A stretch of DNA of 64,000 bases from Octopus vulgaris (Eukaryota). The DNA lies in the NCBI GenBank assembly GCA_951406725.2, contig OX597823.1, positions 52,762,001-52,826,000 of the forward strand. Reading direction: 5' to 3'. Below, piece by piece: positions 25,126-38,508 of this stretch. Numbering within the stretch: position 1 is the stretch's first letter; each line of letters starts with the position of its first letter. The position numbers and the translations under genes are program-made. The notes below the pieces were generated by a model. That model saw only the letters and a program-made list of their open reading frames with translations. It ran no database searches and was not told the origin of the DNA.

Positions 25126-25530
25126 GTGCAGGAGTGACTGTGTGGTAAGTAGCCTGCTTACCAACCACATGGTTCCGGGTTCAGTCCCACTGCATGGCAC
25201 CTTGGGCAAGTGTCTTCTACTATAGCCTTGGGCCGACCAAAGCCTTGTGTGTGGATTTTGGTAGATGGAAACTGAAAGAAGCCCATCATATATATGTATA
25301 TGTATATATATATGTGTGTATGTGTTTGTGTGTGTGTGCTTGTTCCCCCAGCATTGCTTGATAACCGATGCTGGTGTTTACATCCCTGTAACTTAGTGGT
25401 TCAGCAAAAGAGACCGATAGTATAAGTACTAGGCTTACAAAGAATTAGTCCTGGGGGCGATTTGCTCGACTAAAGGCAGTGCTCCAGCATGGCTGCTGTC
25501 AGATGACTGAAACAAGTAAAAGAGTAAAAG
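25126..25530 (+). mobile_element. SINE family B, full length
   Basis: gcaggagtgactgtgtggtaag (A box), gggttcagtccc (B box), internal (TA)/(TG)n, 3' gactgaaacaagtaaaagagtaaaagag tail. Confidence 0.9.
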
Positions 25531-26134
25531 AGAATAAAGAGAGTGTGTATCTGTGTTTGCTCCCCCACACCACAATCACTTGACAACCAATGCTGGTTTG
25601 TTTATGTGCCCATAACTTAGTGGTTCAGTAAGAGACCAATAGAATAAGCACTAGGCTTACAAAGAATAAGCCCTGGGGTCAATTTCTTCAACTAAAACCC
25701 TTTAAGGTGGAACTCCAGCATGGCTGCAATCAAAATGAGTGAAACAAGTAAAATATATTGTAATAATTAAAGTGAATTTAAAATGTATGAAAAAGCTAAT
25801 TGTAGTAGTAACTAATTGTTGTAGTTTCTCTGCATAAAACAATGCATTACATCATGTTTAATTATCCTAGTGTCTTGAGTATGCCTTTATGTTGCATCCA
25901 TTAATGGGGCCCTGGTTCAGGAGTTCTAATGTTTTGAGAAGCGTGGAACCACTTCTTAACTGTTATAGTTCCCAAGTCTACGGATATGTAGTAGTAGCAG
26001 CCATTGGGATTCCAGCTATGGGTTAATTTGCATGTAACCACTTAAGCCAGAGTAAGTTGAAATCATGGGATGTGGCATGGTAAATAGGAACTATTTCAGC
26101 AAATGAATTTTATTGAATGAATGGCAAACATCAC

Positions 26135-26195
26135 CAGATACTGAACAGATGAACAGATACTGAACAGAGGAACAGATACTGAACAGATGAACAGA
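26135..26195. repeat. 19-bp minisatellite, three copies (cagatactgaacagatgaa)
   Basis: Directly visible. Confidence 0.9.
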
Positions 26196-27895
26196 CAACA
26201 AATTGTTGTCAGAATCAACCAGTTCTGTTAGTGAAATACTGCTATCATCTCTAGACATGGTGGATACAGTTGAAATATATCAATTAGCAAAAGACCAACG
26301 TAACTGAAACCCAAACCAGATGTGAATGATGCATCACTTGGTCAGGACGTCTGGCATGGAGGAATTGCATTGATCTGAGAAAGTTGTCTAACCAGATGAT
26401 TTACTAAGCATGATGACAGAAAAAAATGTATTTTGTTACAAAATCGGGGATGGGCTGTTTACCAGACATTTGTCTTTTATTATATAGAATAGATCCATTC
26501 AAATTTTGTCATGTCTTACATAATTTTTCTTTATCTTTAAATTGTATATTTGCTTCAACTTTCATTCATCCTTACCAAAATAAATGTCTTAAGATTATTC
26601 TTTCATCAATGTCAATATATTTCACTCTTAACATTTATTTACAATATTTCTCTGAGTTATTATCTTCATCAATATAGTGCTTTATTCTCTTGCAATATTA
26701 TACTATAGTCTAACACAGTAGGACATTTCCATCAGTTACTGTTTACTGGACACTTCAGCAATTTCGGCACCTTATAATAGCTGTGCTCCCTCTTAAGTGG
26801 TGCCAAGTTACATTGATGTTAGCTAGCACTGTCTGAGTATCTAGATCCACAAGTGCAACATGCTTCTATCATACACAAAAGCAACAAACAGAAAATTTCA
26901 AATACACATGAAACAGTATTTAGCTAAGAAGGGGATATAATGTAATAGCGTTTAATATTGTGAATCAGTAATTAAAAATATTCTCTTTTGATTAAGTATT
27001 AATCAAGTCTGTGAGTGGGAGGATTTATTGTCAACTAACATTCTCAAGTGTCTTACTGGTATTTGATAATTTTGATGAAAGAGATGGATTGTTTGAGGTG
27101 GTGAAACATTTCTGTTACTTTAATATTACCTGTTAATTTAATTTCTTGCTTTTAGATTGGATTAGTATTAATAATTTGATGAGGTTAAAACTTGTTATTG
27201 AAAAGGAAATGAATGCTGTTATGGTTATGATAGCTTAAAAGTTTGGGAAATTTACACTTATGTCATTTAAAAAAAAAAAAAGTTAATACAGGTGTAATTT
27301 AAACTTTGAACACTGTTCTCTCATATGGAATGTTGCAAAACCCTCTTAGCAATATACTTCATTATTTTCAATTTTTAGTTAATACAAGTCAAAGATGGGG
27401 TTAGAAATAGTAGCCAAACAACCCTCAAATCACATACCAGAACTTCATCAAAGAAAGAGAGTGAAGTCCTTGATACACCTTTTGTGAAAAAACAAAAGCT
27501 ATGTAGTCACATCTGAAGTAATTGCAATCAAAGGTTTATTTAATCAAGATCAGTCTGAGGTGCAACAACAAATGATCCAAAAGAAATAATAATTTTTCAA
27601 CTATTTGTGACAAGTTTCCAGTCAGAAAATTTGTCACTTATGGCAAACTGTGATTTCATTCTCTTCATAAATAAAGTTTTATTATTTTGCATATCTAAAT
27701 CTATCAAACTGGCAACAATTTCATATATTATGGTCGAATGTTAGCAATAGAAGAATCAAAAGAACCTCTTTATAAAAGTGGCAATGAAATCTTCTTCACA
27801 TCACATGCTAGCACCTGTCTTTGAAAATAGGATAATAATACACTGGAAAATGTAATCTTATAATGTAATCATACTTGGAATACTTTTTATCTTAC

Positions 27896-28152
27896 ATCTT
27901 CTTAACGAAGGCTGATTTAAATATACTTAGGTCCTTTGGTATTGTGAGATGCATAAGGCAACAAGCTTCCATCAGTGTAGTCAATCTGCTGCACTTGAAG
28001 CCACTTTTGTCCACTTGGTACTCATGCATTTGGAGTCCTTCTGGAATGTCCATTGCCACATGTTCTTGGGCTGACTCTTCATTTTCCTTATTTCACTGTT
28101 CCCAACATTTCAGTTTTCGCATGTCGAATTGCTAGCAGACACATAATACGAC
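27896..28152 (-). other. Candidate spliced exon (non-coding or pseudogenised)
   Basis: Strong acceptor atttctccttgcAG and donor GTAAGA; all three frames contain stops. Confidence 0.3.
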
Positions 28153-28937
28153 CTGCAAGGAGAAATCAATGCAGTGCCACAAAGATTTGTAATGACTGAG
28201 ATTTGCTTTACAAAAGAATTTCTACATTTGTAATTCTGTCTTCTTAGATAACTTTGAAGACCTTTTGTATTCATTACTGTTGGAATGTGTCCCACTTCTT
28301 GACCAGCTTTCTTGTCATTTTCTATGATTTACTGTCATATAAAACTGTTGGTAAAGTTATAGCATTCTATGGATGGATCTTTGTTAATTCCACTCTACAA
28401 TAAAGGTCACTTCCACTCTACAATACAGTGCAGTAGTTCTGCTAATTCCATTGGCTGCGAAACATGAAACAATCAAAGCTAAATTGTGATTAAGCAAAAA
28501 ACAAGCTCCAACAATATGCAGTACCCTGTTCTAATGATAATAAAATCTATAGGCTCCATCCAAATCAAAATAAACCCAAACCACTGAAACAGCTACTATT
28601 GAAGTAGGTAGCATTCCAATAGTTAGTGGCTAAAATTTTCTTCCATATAAAAAAAAAATGTTTTTTAAACATACCAACATGAGAACCTTCATGATTATAT
28701 ATGCTGTGGAAGGTGATGGATTATATATGCTGTAGAAGGTGATGGATGTAGCAAAATAGCAAAGGTGTGAATTCTAAGATTTCGTTGTACCAAAATATTT
28801 GTTAAAGTATTTATTGCTGATGTTAACATTAAAATAAAATTTTAAATTCATTTACACAATCAGTTTAAAGTATTTCTTTACATAAGTATTTTGATAAAAA
28901 TTTATATCCATTGAATCCCTCCATTTTCAAACTTATT

Positions 28938-28999
<62 letters not shown>

Positions 29000-29111
29000 A
29001 TAAGGGTGAAAAAATTGAATATTAATTTGATTAATATCAATTTAAAACCAGTGGTCTAGCATATTAAAATCTGAAGAATCAGAAAAATTATATTACATAA
29101 ATATAAGGGGT

Positions 29112-29184
29112 ATGACCACTATGTGGACATCCATTATGCTAGAAGTAGATCCTCTAGCATAATGGATGTCCACATAGTGGTCAT
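29112..29184. repeat. 32 bp perfect hairpin
   Basis: atgaccactatgtggacatccattatgctaga / tctagcataatggatgtccacatagtggtcat. Confidence 0.93.
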
Positions 29185-29439
29185 CCATCTTATGTGTATA
29201 TATATATAGAATATGAGGAGTTTAATTCATTCGTGGTCTAAACGAATAGGCATGCTGGTTAAGTGCTATAGTTTGTCAACCAATAGGCTTCAAGATCACT
29301 GCTAAGGCTGGATCTATGGATCTGTGTTAAGGTTCTATTATAACAGATATATATTATATTAGAGGAGAAATCAAAACCAAAGCAGAATGAATATCTCAAG
29401 TCATTTAGAATAATTTAATTAGGGTAAGGTGAATTTGAA

Positions 29440-29515
29440 GTCTTACAGCTGTTTCTGGGATAACCCAAGTGGTTGGTTAGCCCGTCCATGCACCAGATAT
29501 TTCGTCATCAGAGAC
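29440..29515 (-). ncRNA. Minimal type-I hammerhead ribozyme (stem II eroded)
   Basis: Minus: GTCT-CTGATGA-...-GAAA-CAGCTG-TA-AGAC; palindromic stem III, GUA triplet, 4 bp stem I. Confidence 0.75.
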
Positions 29516-29779
29516 AAGGTATGAATATCTTAGATGGGGAAAATTTACAGTTTACAAGGAATAAAATTCACAATTTATAAGGAATAAAATAGAAGGATAA
29601 AGTAGTGAAATAGAAGAATAAAGAGTAAAAGTAGTTAGAATAATATAGGCAGGAGAATAATGTTCCCAACTCATCTTTTTCCAGATTTTTAGTTAAAATC
29701 CCAGTAAATCCAAGCAGTATTTTGGCAGTATTCTGAATGATGTGTACCTATTGTAAATGTATATATAGAGTGAGAAAGT

Positions 29780-30168
29780 GTGTGGAAGCACTTCGTCGGT
29801 TACGACGATGAGGGTTCCGGTTGATCCGAATCAACAGAACAGCCTGCTCGTGAAATTAACGTGTAAGTGACTGAGCACTCCACAGACACGTGTACCCTCA
29901 ACGTAGTTCTCAGGGATATTCAGCGTGACACAGAGAGTGACAAGGCCGGCCCCTTGAAATACAGGTACAACAGAAACAGGAAATAAGAGCGAGAGAAAGT
30001 TGTGGTGAAAGAGTACAGCAGGGATCACCACCATCCCCTGCCGGAGCCTCGTGGAGCTTTAGGTGTTTTCACTCAATAAACACTCACAACGCCCGGTCTG
30101 GGAATTGAAACTGTGATCCTATGACTGCGAGTCCACTGTCCTAACCACTGGGCCATTGCGCCTCCACT
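29780..30168 (-). mobile_element. Full-length SINE family C with 11 bp target-site duplication
   Basis: TSD agtgagaaagt at 29769-29779 and 30169-30179; tRNA-like head ggaggcgcaatggcccagtggttagg..tttcaattccc. Confidence 0.9.
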
Positions 30169-30326
30169 AGTGAGAAAGTATGATGGACATAAATGGGGTT
30201 TGTGATTAGGTGTGTGAGAGAGAGAGAGGGGGGAGAGGGAGGGAGAGGAGAAAAAGAGAAAAGAGTGATAGGAGAAAGGATTAGAAAATAAGATAGTGGT
30301 ATAGGGAAAAATAAGAATAAAATAAA

Positions 30327-30357
<31 letters not shown>

Positions 30358-32834
30358 GTAAAAATTAGAATAAAAGTTAAGGTAATGACAGATATGTTCT
30401 AAATGGGTTCTGTGAGTAAATGTATGGGAGAGAGGGAAAAGGGAATAAGAATAAAATAAGATAGAGGTAACAGGATAAAGAATAATAAGATATTATTAGA
30501 AGTCAAACGTAAAAGTTTCAGTAGAGTTGGAGTGGAAGGCCAATCTAGGTAAGGTTGTAAGGACAATAGTTTAGTGCAGATATTTAAAATTGTATTTCAA
30601 GCTTCATAGTCATTAAATGATATGAGATTAAAGGATTAAGAATTAAACCTAAAATTGAAAATTAAAATTGAAAACTAAAATCTAAAACCTAAACTTAAAA
30701 TTACAAAATAAGAAAACTAAAATATAAAAAAAACTATAAAAATCGAAAATTATTGTGTTGAAATTAGCTAGTTTCTAAGATAGTTGTGTTGACAGAGAGG
30801 TAGGGAAAAAAGAAGAGAGTACATATAAATATATACATGCATACATATAAATAGACATGTATACACACATACATACACATGCATACACATAAGCGTACAT
30901 GTAAGGTGTGCACATATACATGCACACACACACATACTTACATATATATATATATATATATACATATTGAAACAATTATGGATGGATGTATTATGCATGT
31001 TGATTTTGTATACATTTGGATCTATGGAAGAATTTAAAGGTCTTATAGAACCTATGACAACATGTAGAAAAAGCTTTGTTTTATTTATTTAGTAATTGCG
31101 GTGAATTATGTATTAATATTTGGAAGGCTTCTTTTAGACATAGTTCATAAGCCTTCCAAATATTAATACACAACTCACTGCAATTATGCAGTGCCATGCA
31201 GTGGGACTGAACCCAGAACCATGTGGTTGGGAAGCAAGCTTCTTCCCACACAGCCACTCCTGCAGCTACATACTTGTGTGCTTGTATGAGATATTTGTAT
31301 TTCTTATATAAATTCCAGATATATACCATGCTTAAACTGATACTATAATAGTTTAATAAGCACATGCTAAACCTTTCTATAAATTTAGCAAAATAAGAAT
31401 GGAGACATTCTAATCTGTTACTTCCAATTTTGAAATGCTGAGAAATTCTTCAAATATTTTTGCATAAGCAAAGTTATATCTTGTATGTTTTATATACACA
31501 ACACACACATATATGCAATACATTATGTGTGCATATGTCCACACATATCAGTGTGTGTGTCTCTGAGTGTTTGCATGTGTGTGCCATAATTATGTGGATA
31601 AATATTTCATAGTCATACTGAAAATATTTATTGTGTAAGAGATTAGCTTTAGGGCCCAATAAATATGGAAAATATCAGATACTATATCCAATGATATTTA
31701 ATTACAATTAATATGAAGATTCACTTTAAAATTAAATCAACCCTAATATTGAAATATTTATGTCTATATATACAATATATTCTCTCTCTGGACACAATGT
31801 GTTTCTGTCAATCAGATTTTCATGCAATCTATTATCACCTGATGGCTTTACCTGCAGTTCTCCAAAGAGAATAGAAATTGGTATTTGCTGCTTATATACG
31901 CTTTAGGATAGTAGAAGGTGATGTATCTACTCAAATATCTAAAATGTGAATTTTAAGATTTCACTGTGCCAAAATATTTGTAAAAGTATTTATTACTGAT
32001 GTTGATATTAAAAATGAAATTTTAGATTAATATACAGAATCAGTTTAACAAATTTCTATACATAAATATTTTGTACTTTTACAGGAAATATTTTTATGTA
32101 AGGAATTAGTGAAAAGTCAAAAGACAAACTGAACAAATCTTAACTCTTCAATAAAAGTTAATAGAATCTTTACATTTATAGTGATGTGATAATCAGGGCT
32201 GGTGCTAGGAAGTGTGGGGCCTAATTAGAGAATTGTCAGTGGAGTCCTCCACTGTACAAAAGCTGAATATTGATGCTTTATAGTTTTTATAGTATTCCAG
32301 TCCCATCCAAATAACATTGAGGGCTTGACACTCTGCCTTTGGCCACAATGATATACTAAAAATTCATCATTGGATCCCTTGCTCTAGCATGTGTATGGGG
32401 ACCCTCGTTTGGTGCAGAAGCCCTCTCTTGATGCAGGGACCAATTTGAGCAAATGTCTAATTGGCTTAAAACTGGCCCTGGTGATGATAGCCAACTATGT
32501 GAATCTGATTACCAAGATATTGTATGTATGTATGTATGTATGTATGTATGTATGTATGTATGTATGTATGTATGTATGTATGTATGTATGTATGTATGTA
32601 TGTGTGTATGTATGTATGTATCTATCTATATCTATATCTATATCTATATATCTATATATCTATCTATATACATATATATATATATCTTTATATACAGGTG
32701 ATGTTTTGGACTACCATTTATCATTCTGAAGATTAGTCTGTTAGTTTTACTTCTCAACATACTTGTATATATGGGTGTACACATTCATATGTATATGTAT
32801 ATATATATATATATATATATTATATATTTCTCTT

Positions 32835-33223
32835 TTCTCTTTTTACTTGTTTCAGTCATATGACTGCGGCCATGCTGGAGCACCGCCTTTAGTCGAGCAA
32901 ATCGACCCCGGGACTTATTCTTTGTAAGCCCAGTACTTATTCTATCGGCTCTTTTGCTGAACCGCTAAGTGACGGGGACGTAAACACACCAGCATCGGTT
33001 GTCAAGCAATGCTAGGGGAACAAACACAGACACACAAACACATACACTTATATATATATACATATATACGACAGGCTTCTTTCAGTTTCCGTCTACCAAA
33101 TCCACTCACAAGGCTTTGGTCAGCCCGAGGCTATAGCAGGAGACACTTGCCCAAGATGCCACGCAGTGGGACTGAACCCAGAACCATGTGGTTGGTAGGC
33201 AAGCTACTTACCACACAGCCACT

Positions 33224-33226
<3 letters not shown>
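32835..33226 (-). mobile_element. SINE family B, young full-length copy
   Basis: Near-consensus, CpGs retained. Confidence 0.9.
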
Positions 33227-33260
<34 letters not shown>

Positions 33261-33314
33261 TCATCATCATCATCATCGTTTAACGTCCGTTTTCCATGCT
33301 AGCATGGATTGGAC

Positions 33315-33346
<32 letters not shown>

Positions 33347-33886
33347 TATGGTCTTCTATAATTCTAAAGTATACAATTTATAAATTTCATAATTTTATAA
33401 TTTTTATAGCTACATTTGTATAATAACTAATTGGATGTGTCTAGTATTATTGGTTTCTTGGTTTTTGTATGTGGGTTTTTGTTTGTTTTTTTTTTTTTAA
33501 GAGAAATGCAATATGACATAAAATAACATATTCATTTTGGTATTTGCCTTGTAATGTGTGTTGCATATTTAAGTGTGGATGTTTACATACATATCAAGTC
33601 ATCTAATTTGTTACCTATTTATTCTTTACTTATTTACTTATACTGGTGTAGTTTTATACATACATATCTATCATTTATTTTTATTTAATTTTAATAATAT
33701 ATACACTGTTATATATTTTGTTTTATTTTGTTCTGGCTACCTTCCTTTTTGTACAAATGTGTATTATATTATACAAGTGTAGCATTATGATGTATAAGTT
33801 TTTATATTTTACTTTTTTATATTTTTATATTTATATGTATATGATTATATAATATTTTTCACTATTATAACAAATTTAATTTAATT

Positions 33887-33994
33887 CTCTGAAGAGGCCG
33901 TGGGGCATCTTTGTTAATGCCTCATTTATACCTGCCTTTATGGCTTATAGGTTAAATGAGGTATGACTGTCCTCACTGCCGAAACAGCTGTCAG
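33887..33994 (+). ncRNA. Type-I hammerhead ribozyme with long extended stem II
   Basis: ct-CTGAAGA-ggc-cgtggggca..atgcctcattt/aaatgaggtat..tgtcctcac-t-gcc-GAAA-CAGCTG-TC-ag; GUC triplet at 33990-33992; stem I only ~2 bp. Confidence 0.75.
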
Positions 33995-34504
33995 TTTTGA
34001 TTTATTTGCATATTGTATTTGTAATTTTTTACTTATATCTCTTTATCTTTTTACTTTTACTATTACTGTATATCTCATTTCATTTCATTTTATATATTGC
34101 CTTTACTCCTATGTAATGGTGTATTAAAGTATGGATTGAGTATCATCGGATAGTTGATGTTTTATTGATTTAAATATGTTTCTCCATTCTCTAATTTTGT
34201 AGTATATATATATATATATATATATATAGGATTTTGAAATAATGTAAATTATACAACAAGATTATGAAATAACAGTAAACATATGTGTGTGTGTCTTTGT
34301 GTGTGTCTGTGTTTGTACCCCTACCATCGCTTGACAACTGATGCTGGTGTGTTTATGTCCCTGTAACATAGCAGTTCAGCAAAAAGAGACTGATAGAATA
34401 AGTTACTAGGCTTACAAAGAATAAGTCCTGGGGTTGACTTTTTCAACTAAAAGGTGGTGCTCCAGCATGGCTGTAGTCAAATGACTGAAACAACTATAAG
34501 AATA

Positions 34505-34955
34505 AAGGAATTATAATATAATTATAATATAAAAAGATATAATATAATATAACAAATATATATCCTACAATTTGATTCGATTCATATCCACTAGTGGATT
34601 TATAAAAATTCACATTTATGAATCTCGTCAGGGTAATATTTTTCTAAAAAAAAGACAAAAGTTTCATGCAAGAACTGCTAAATCATAAAATAAAGTGATT
34701 TATAATATACCTATATTTTACATAATTATATTTTAAATCACTCTATTTTATGATTTAGCAGTTCTTACATGAAATTTTTGTCTATTTTTTTTAGACAAAT
34801 GTTATCCTGATGAGATTCATAGACATAAATGTGAATTTCTTTTATAAATTCCCTAGTGGATATGAATTGAAACAAATTGTAGGATAATATTAGTTTTCCT
34901 TATTTGTTATATTATATTTATTGTATTGTATTATATATTTTTATAGTATAATTAT
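34505..34955. repeat. Diverged fold-back element with a hammerhead in each arm
   Basis: Arms ~34505-34710 and ~34725-34955 are reverse complements; + strand motif 34802-34887, - strand motif 34561-34637. Confidence 0.88.
34802..34887 (+). ncRNA. Type-I hammerhead ribozyme
   Basis: ttatc-CTGATGA-gattcata...tatgaatt-GAAA-CAAATTG-TA-ggataa. Confidence 0.78.
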
Positions 34956-35237
34956 ATCATATTATAATGTTAATAAATTTATAATATATCAATTGTATAT
35001 CTCTATTTCCTTTATTATTTATATATTGCAATTATACCATTTTGTAGCCCCTAATGGTAAATTATTTGCTCTTAACATATTGGGCTTCTAGACTATTTAC
35101 AAAAAAACATAAGATGAAGACAGATGTAGGAACAAGTATATTAGTTTAACACTTGGGAAAAAATGGAAAAGTCTGTTATGTTTCAAGCCTATGCTCTTGT
35201 ATATATGAGAGAGAGAGAGAGAAGGGGGGAGTGTCAG

Positions 35238-35416
<179 letters not shown>

Positions 35417-35720
35417 TTATGCTGAGGCTAAACTTCCAGAACTTGAAAACTTCTTCTGATGTGTGGCAGTTGGTGAATGATGGAGTTTGATGTTGCTACC
35501 CTCATATATACATTTCCTTCCATGAGGTACGTTCATCCAGAACTCTTGACAGGGGGGAATACTGTTTAGCTTTGAAAACACCTACATCCACACCAATGCA
35601 CATCTCTTGTACTTATAGGGAGGATATTGAGCTCTGGGCTTTTGAAACCATTGCAGAATCTGCTCCTGTATTTTGATGGTGATGTAGAGATGTTATATGC
35701 ATATATGTGTGTGTTTGTGT

Positions 35721-35767
<47 letters not shown>

Positions 35768-36689
35768 CCTATAAATACACACATAAAATACATACACACA
35801 AACGTGTCTATGTATAAAATCATATGTATGCATTTGTGTGTGTTTGTATGTGTGTGAGTGTATATGTGTGTGTAGATTTTATACATGAAACACATATTTA
35901 TACATATATACATGTACACATACATGCATGCACACACACACTCATACATACACATGCACATATATTAATCAATGAAATTCCAACTTAGTCTGAGTTTCAC
36001 GTTTAATTATGTGCAATTTTAACAATTTTACAATTTTACAGTTTTATAATCTCCTAATATAATAATGAGCATAATATTTTTATATATTTGTGTGTGTATA
36101 TATATATGTCCAAAAATCACAGAATTGGAGTAGGGCGGAATAGGAGAAAGTGTGGTATAAATGAAGGGAGAGGAGAGAAAATAGTAATTCAGTGAAGGAG
36201 AAGTAGTGAGAGTAATAGTCCTGACTGAAAGAGAGAGAGTGAGAGAAAGTAATAGCATTGAGAGAAAGGAAGTGGCAAAGAGCACATCGTGTATCCTCTA
36301 TTTTTCTCCATTACAACATATGAATGAGAAAGGAAGGGGTGATAAATGAATATTGAAGGAAAGGATGAAAATAATCAGCTTTTCAACTCTGTGTGAGTAA
36401 AAGTGAATGTTTGTGCGCGTGTGTGTGTGTGTGTGTGTGTGTGTGCAATGGAAATGGGATGGTGAATGTTCAATGCTGAAAAGAAAAATCAAAGAGCATT
36501 TCAAATCTGTTTGAGAATATGTGTGTATGTGTGTGCATGTACAAAGGAAGTATGTGAATGTTTGTATCTGTGATTATTATGTACCTTATTTTATACTTTA
36601 TTTATATATGAAATATTACAATTAGACGTCATTTTTTACTGCACAAGGTCAGCTAGTATGTGTTTGTATGTTTGTCTTAGAGTTAACCT

Positions 36690-37370
36690 AGCAAAAACTA
36701 AAGTCTTAATAAGTAGGAAAGCAGACAAACCACAAATCCCTTCTGGCTCTGCTTGATCTGTAGAAAAGGTGTAAGTAGGAACTCCATAAGATGGACCCAG
36801 TGTAAGCTATGGACACACAGGAGGTGCAGCAATATCAAAAGAAAGTTAACTGGGAAGATAGTTTTTGTGTGTGACAAATGCTCAGGAGCAATAAACGCTG
36901 AAAATGTGCAGAAAACAGCTTCCGTCACATTCCACAGGGAAAACTACAAGTGTTGATAGCTTCCATTACCTAGGTAACCAAGTCAATAGTGAGGGTTGAT
37001 GCTCTGAAAGTGTAGCTGCTAGAATAAGGATAACCTGGGCAAAGTTAATAGAGCTCCTACCTCTGCTGGTAACAAAGGACCTCTCCCTCAGAGTTAAAGG
37101 TAAACAGTATGATGCATGTGGGTGAACTGCTATGCTACATGGTAGTGAAACATAGGCTATGGCTGCTGAGGACATGTGTAAGCTTGCAAGGAATGAAGCC
37201 AGTATGCTCTGCTGGATGTGTAATGTCAGTGTGCATACTCGACAGAGTGTAAGCACCCTGAGAGAAAAGTTAGACTTAAGAAGCATCAGATGTGGTGTGC
37301 AAGAGAGACAAGTGTGCTGGTATGGTCATGTGTTACTAATCGATGAGGACAGCTGTGTGAAAAAGAGACA
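36690..37370 (+). mobile_element. RTE-clade LINE reverse transcriptase C-terminal remnant with Cys/His zinc-finger insert
   Basis: VDSFHYLG..ARIRITWAK..LRVKGKQYDAC..MLHGSET..MLCWMCNV..CWYGHV are RTE RT/thumb motifs; upstream CLICRKGV..CKLWTHRRC..CDKC; stops and frameshift. Confidence 0.85.
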
Positions 37371-37560
37371 CGTAAAAGCACCCACTACACTCTTGGAGTG
37401 GTTGGCATTAGGAAGGGCATCCAGTTGTAGAAACTTTGCCAGATCAGATTTGGAGGCTGCTACAGCCTTCTGGCGTGCCAGCCCTAAGTCAAACCATCCA
37501 ACCCATGCCAGCATTGGCAGCGGACGTTAAATGATGATGGGAATGATGATGATGATGATG
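37370..37560 (+). mobile_element. Retroposon 3' part with (ATG)n tail
   Basis: gtggttggcattaggaagggcatccag..aacccatgccagcat..ggacgttaaatgatgatg; fragments also at ~3020-3075 and 15640-15830 (minus). Confidence 0.7.
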
Positions 37561-37567
37561 ATATATA

Positions 37568-37709
37568 TATCTGTAAATAATAATGATACCTTATAAGCTT
37601 AAAGCTTATAAGCGATCACCATGTATTCACTAAGGAAAATAGTCTGATACTGGGGCATATGAGCCCTTGACAGAAGCTTCAGGCTTATAGAATATTATTA
37701 TTTACAGAT
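37568..37709. repeat. Small element with ~40 bp imperfect inverted termini
   Basis: atctgtaaataataat..tataagcttaaagctt / aagcttcaggcttata..attattatttacagat. Confidence 0.7.
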
Positions 37710-37741
37710 TTGTCACTTGACACCATTTCCCAATTCATCAA

Positions 37742-37789
<48 letters not shown>

Positions 37790-38194
37790 AATGATATTTG
37801 ATATATATGTATTTATTTATTGGGAATAATTCAAATTGATATTCCTAACTTGAATACCTCATCCCTGTGACGCCGGAATTGATATTCCCTCATTATTATA
37901 AAAATATATATCAAATGATATATATTTATACACACATATATATAACAAATCATATGTATTTCTACATATATATATATATACATCTTTTACCTGTTTCAGT
38001 CATGTTAGACTGCAGCCAAGCTAGAGCACTTCCTTGAATATTTAGTCAAAGGAATCAACCCCAGAACTCATTCTTTAGGCCTGGTACTTATTTTAATGGT
38101 TTCTTAGTGGTGGTGGGTGGACAAACACAAGCAGAAATAAACACACATGCAGATAGATATACAAACATACCTACCTATATACATACATATATAT

Positions 38195-38425
38195 ATTTCT
38201 TTACTACCCACAAGGGGCTAAACACAGAGGGGATAAACAAGGACAGACAAACGGATTAAGTCGATTACATCAACCCCAGTGCGTAACTGGTACTTAATTT
38301 ATCGACCCCGAAAGGATGAAAGGCAAAGTCGACCTCGGCGGAATTTGAACTCAGAACGTAACGGCAATCGAAATACGGCTACGCATTTCGCCCGGCGTGC
38401 TAACATTTCTGCCAGCTCGCCGCCT
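38195..38425 (-). mobile_element. SINE family A, young full-length copy
   Basis: Near-consensus, CpG-rich. Confidence 0.92.
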
Positions 38426-38457
38426 ATACATACATATATGTGTGTGTGTGTGTGTGT

Positions 38458-38508
<51 letters not shown>

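Noticed and set aside
26135-26195. Short direct repeats considered as a CRISPR-like array
   Set aside because: Contiguous 19 bp units without unique spacers; eukaryotic context, no cas genes.
30095-30168. tRNA-like sequence
   Set aside because: It is the head of a SINE with body and TSD; other tRNA-like segments in the window are likewise SINE heads.
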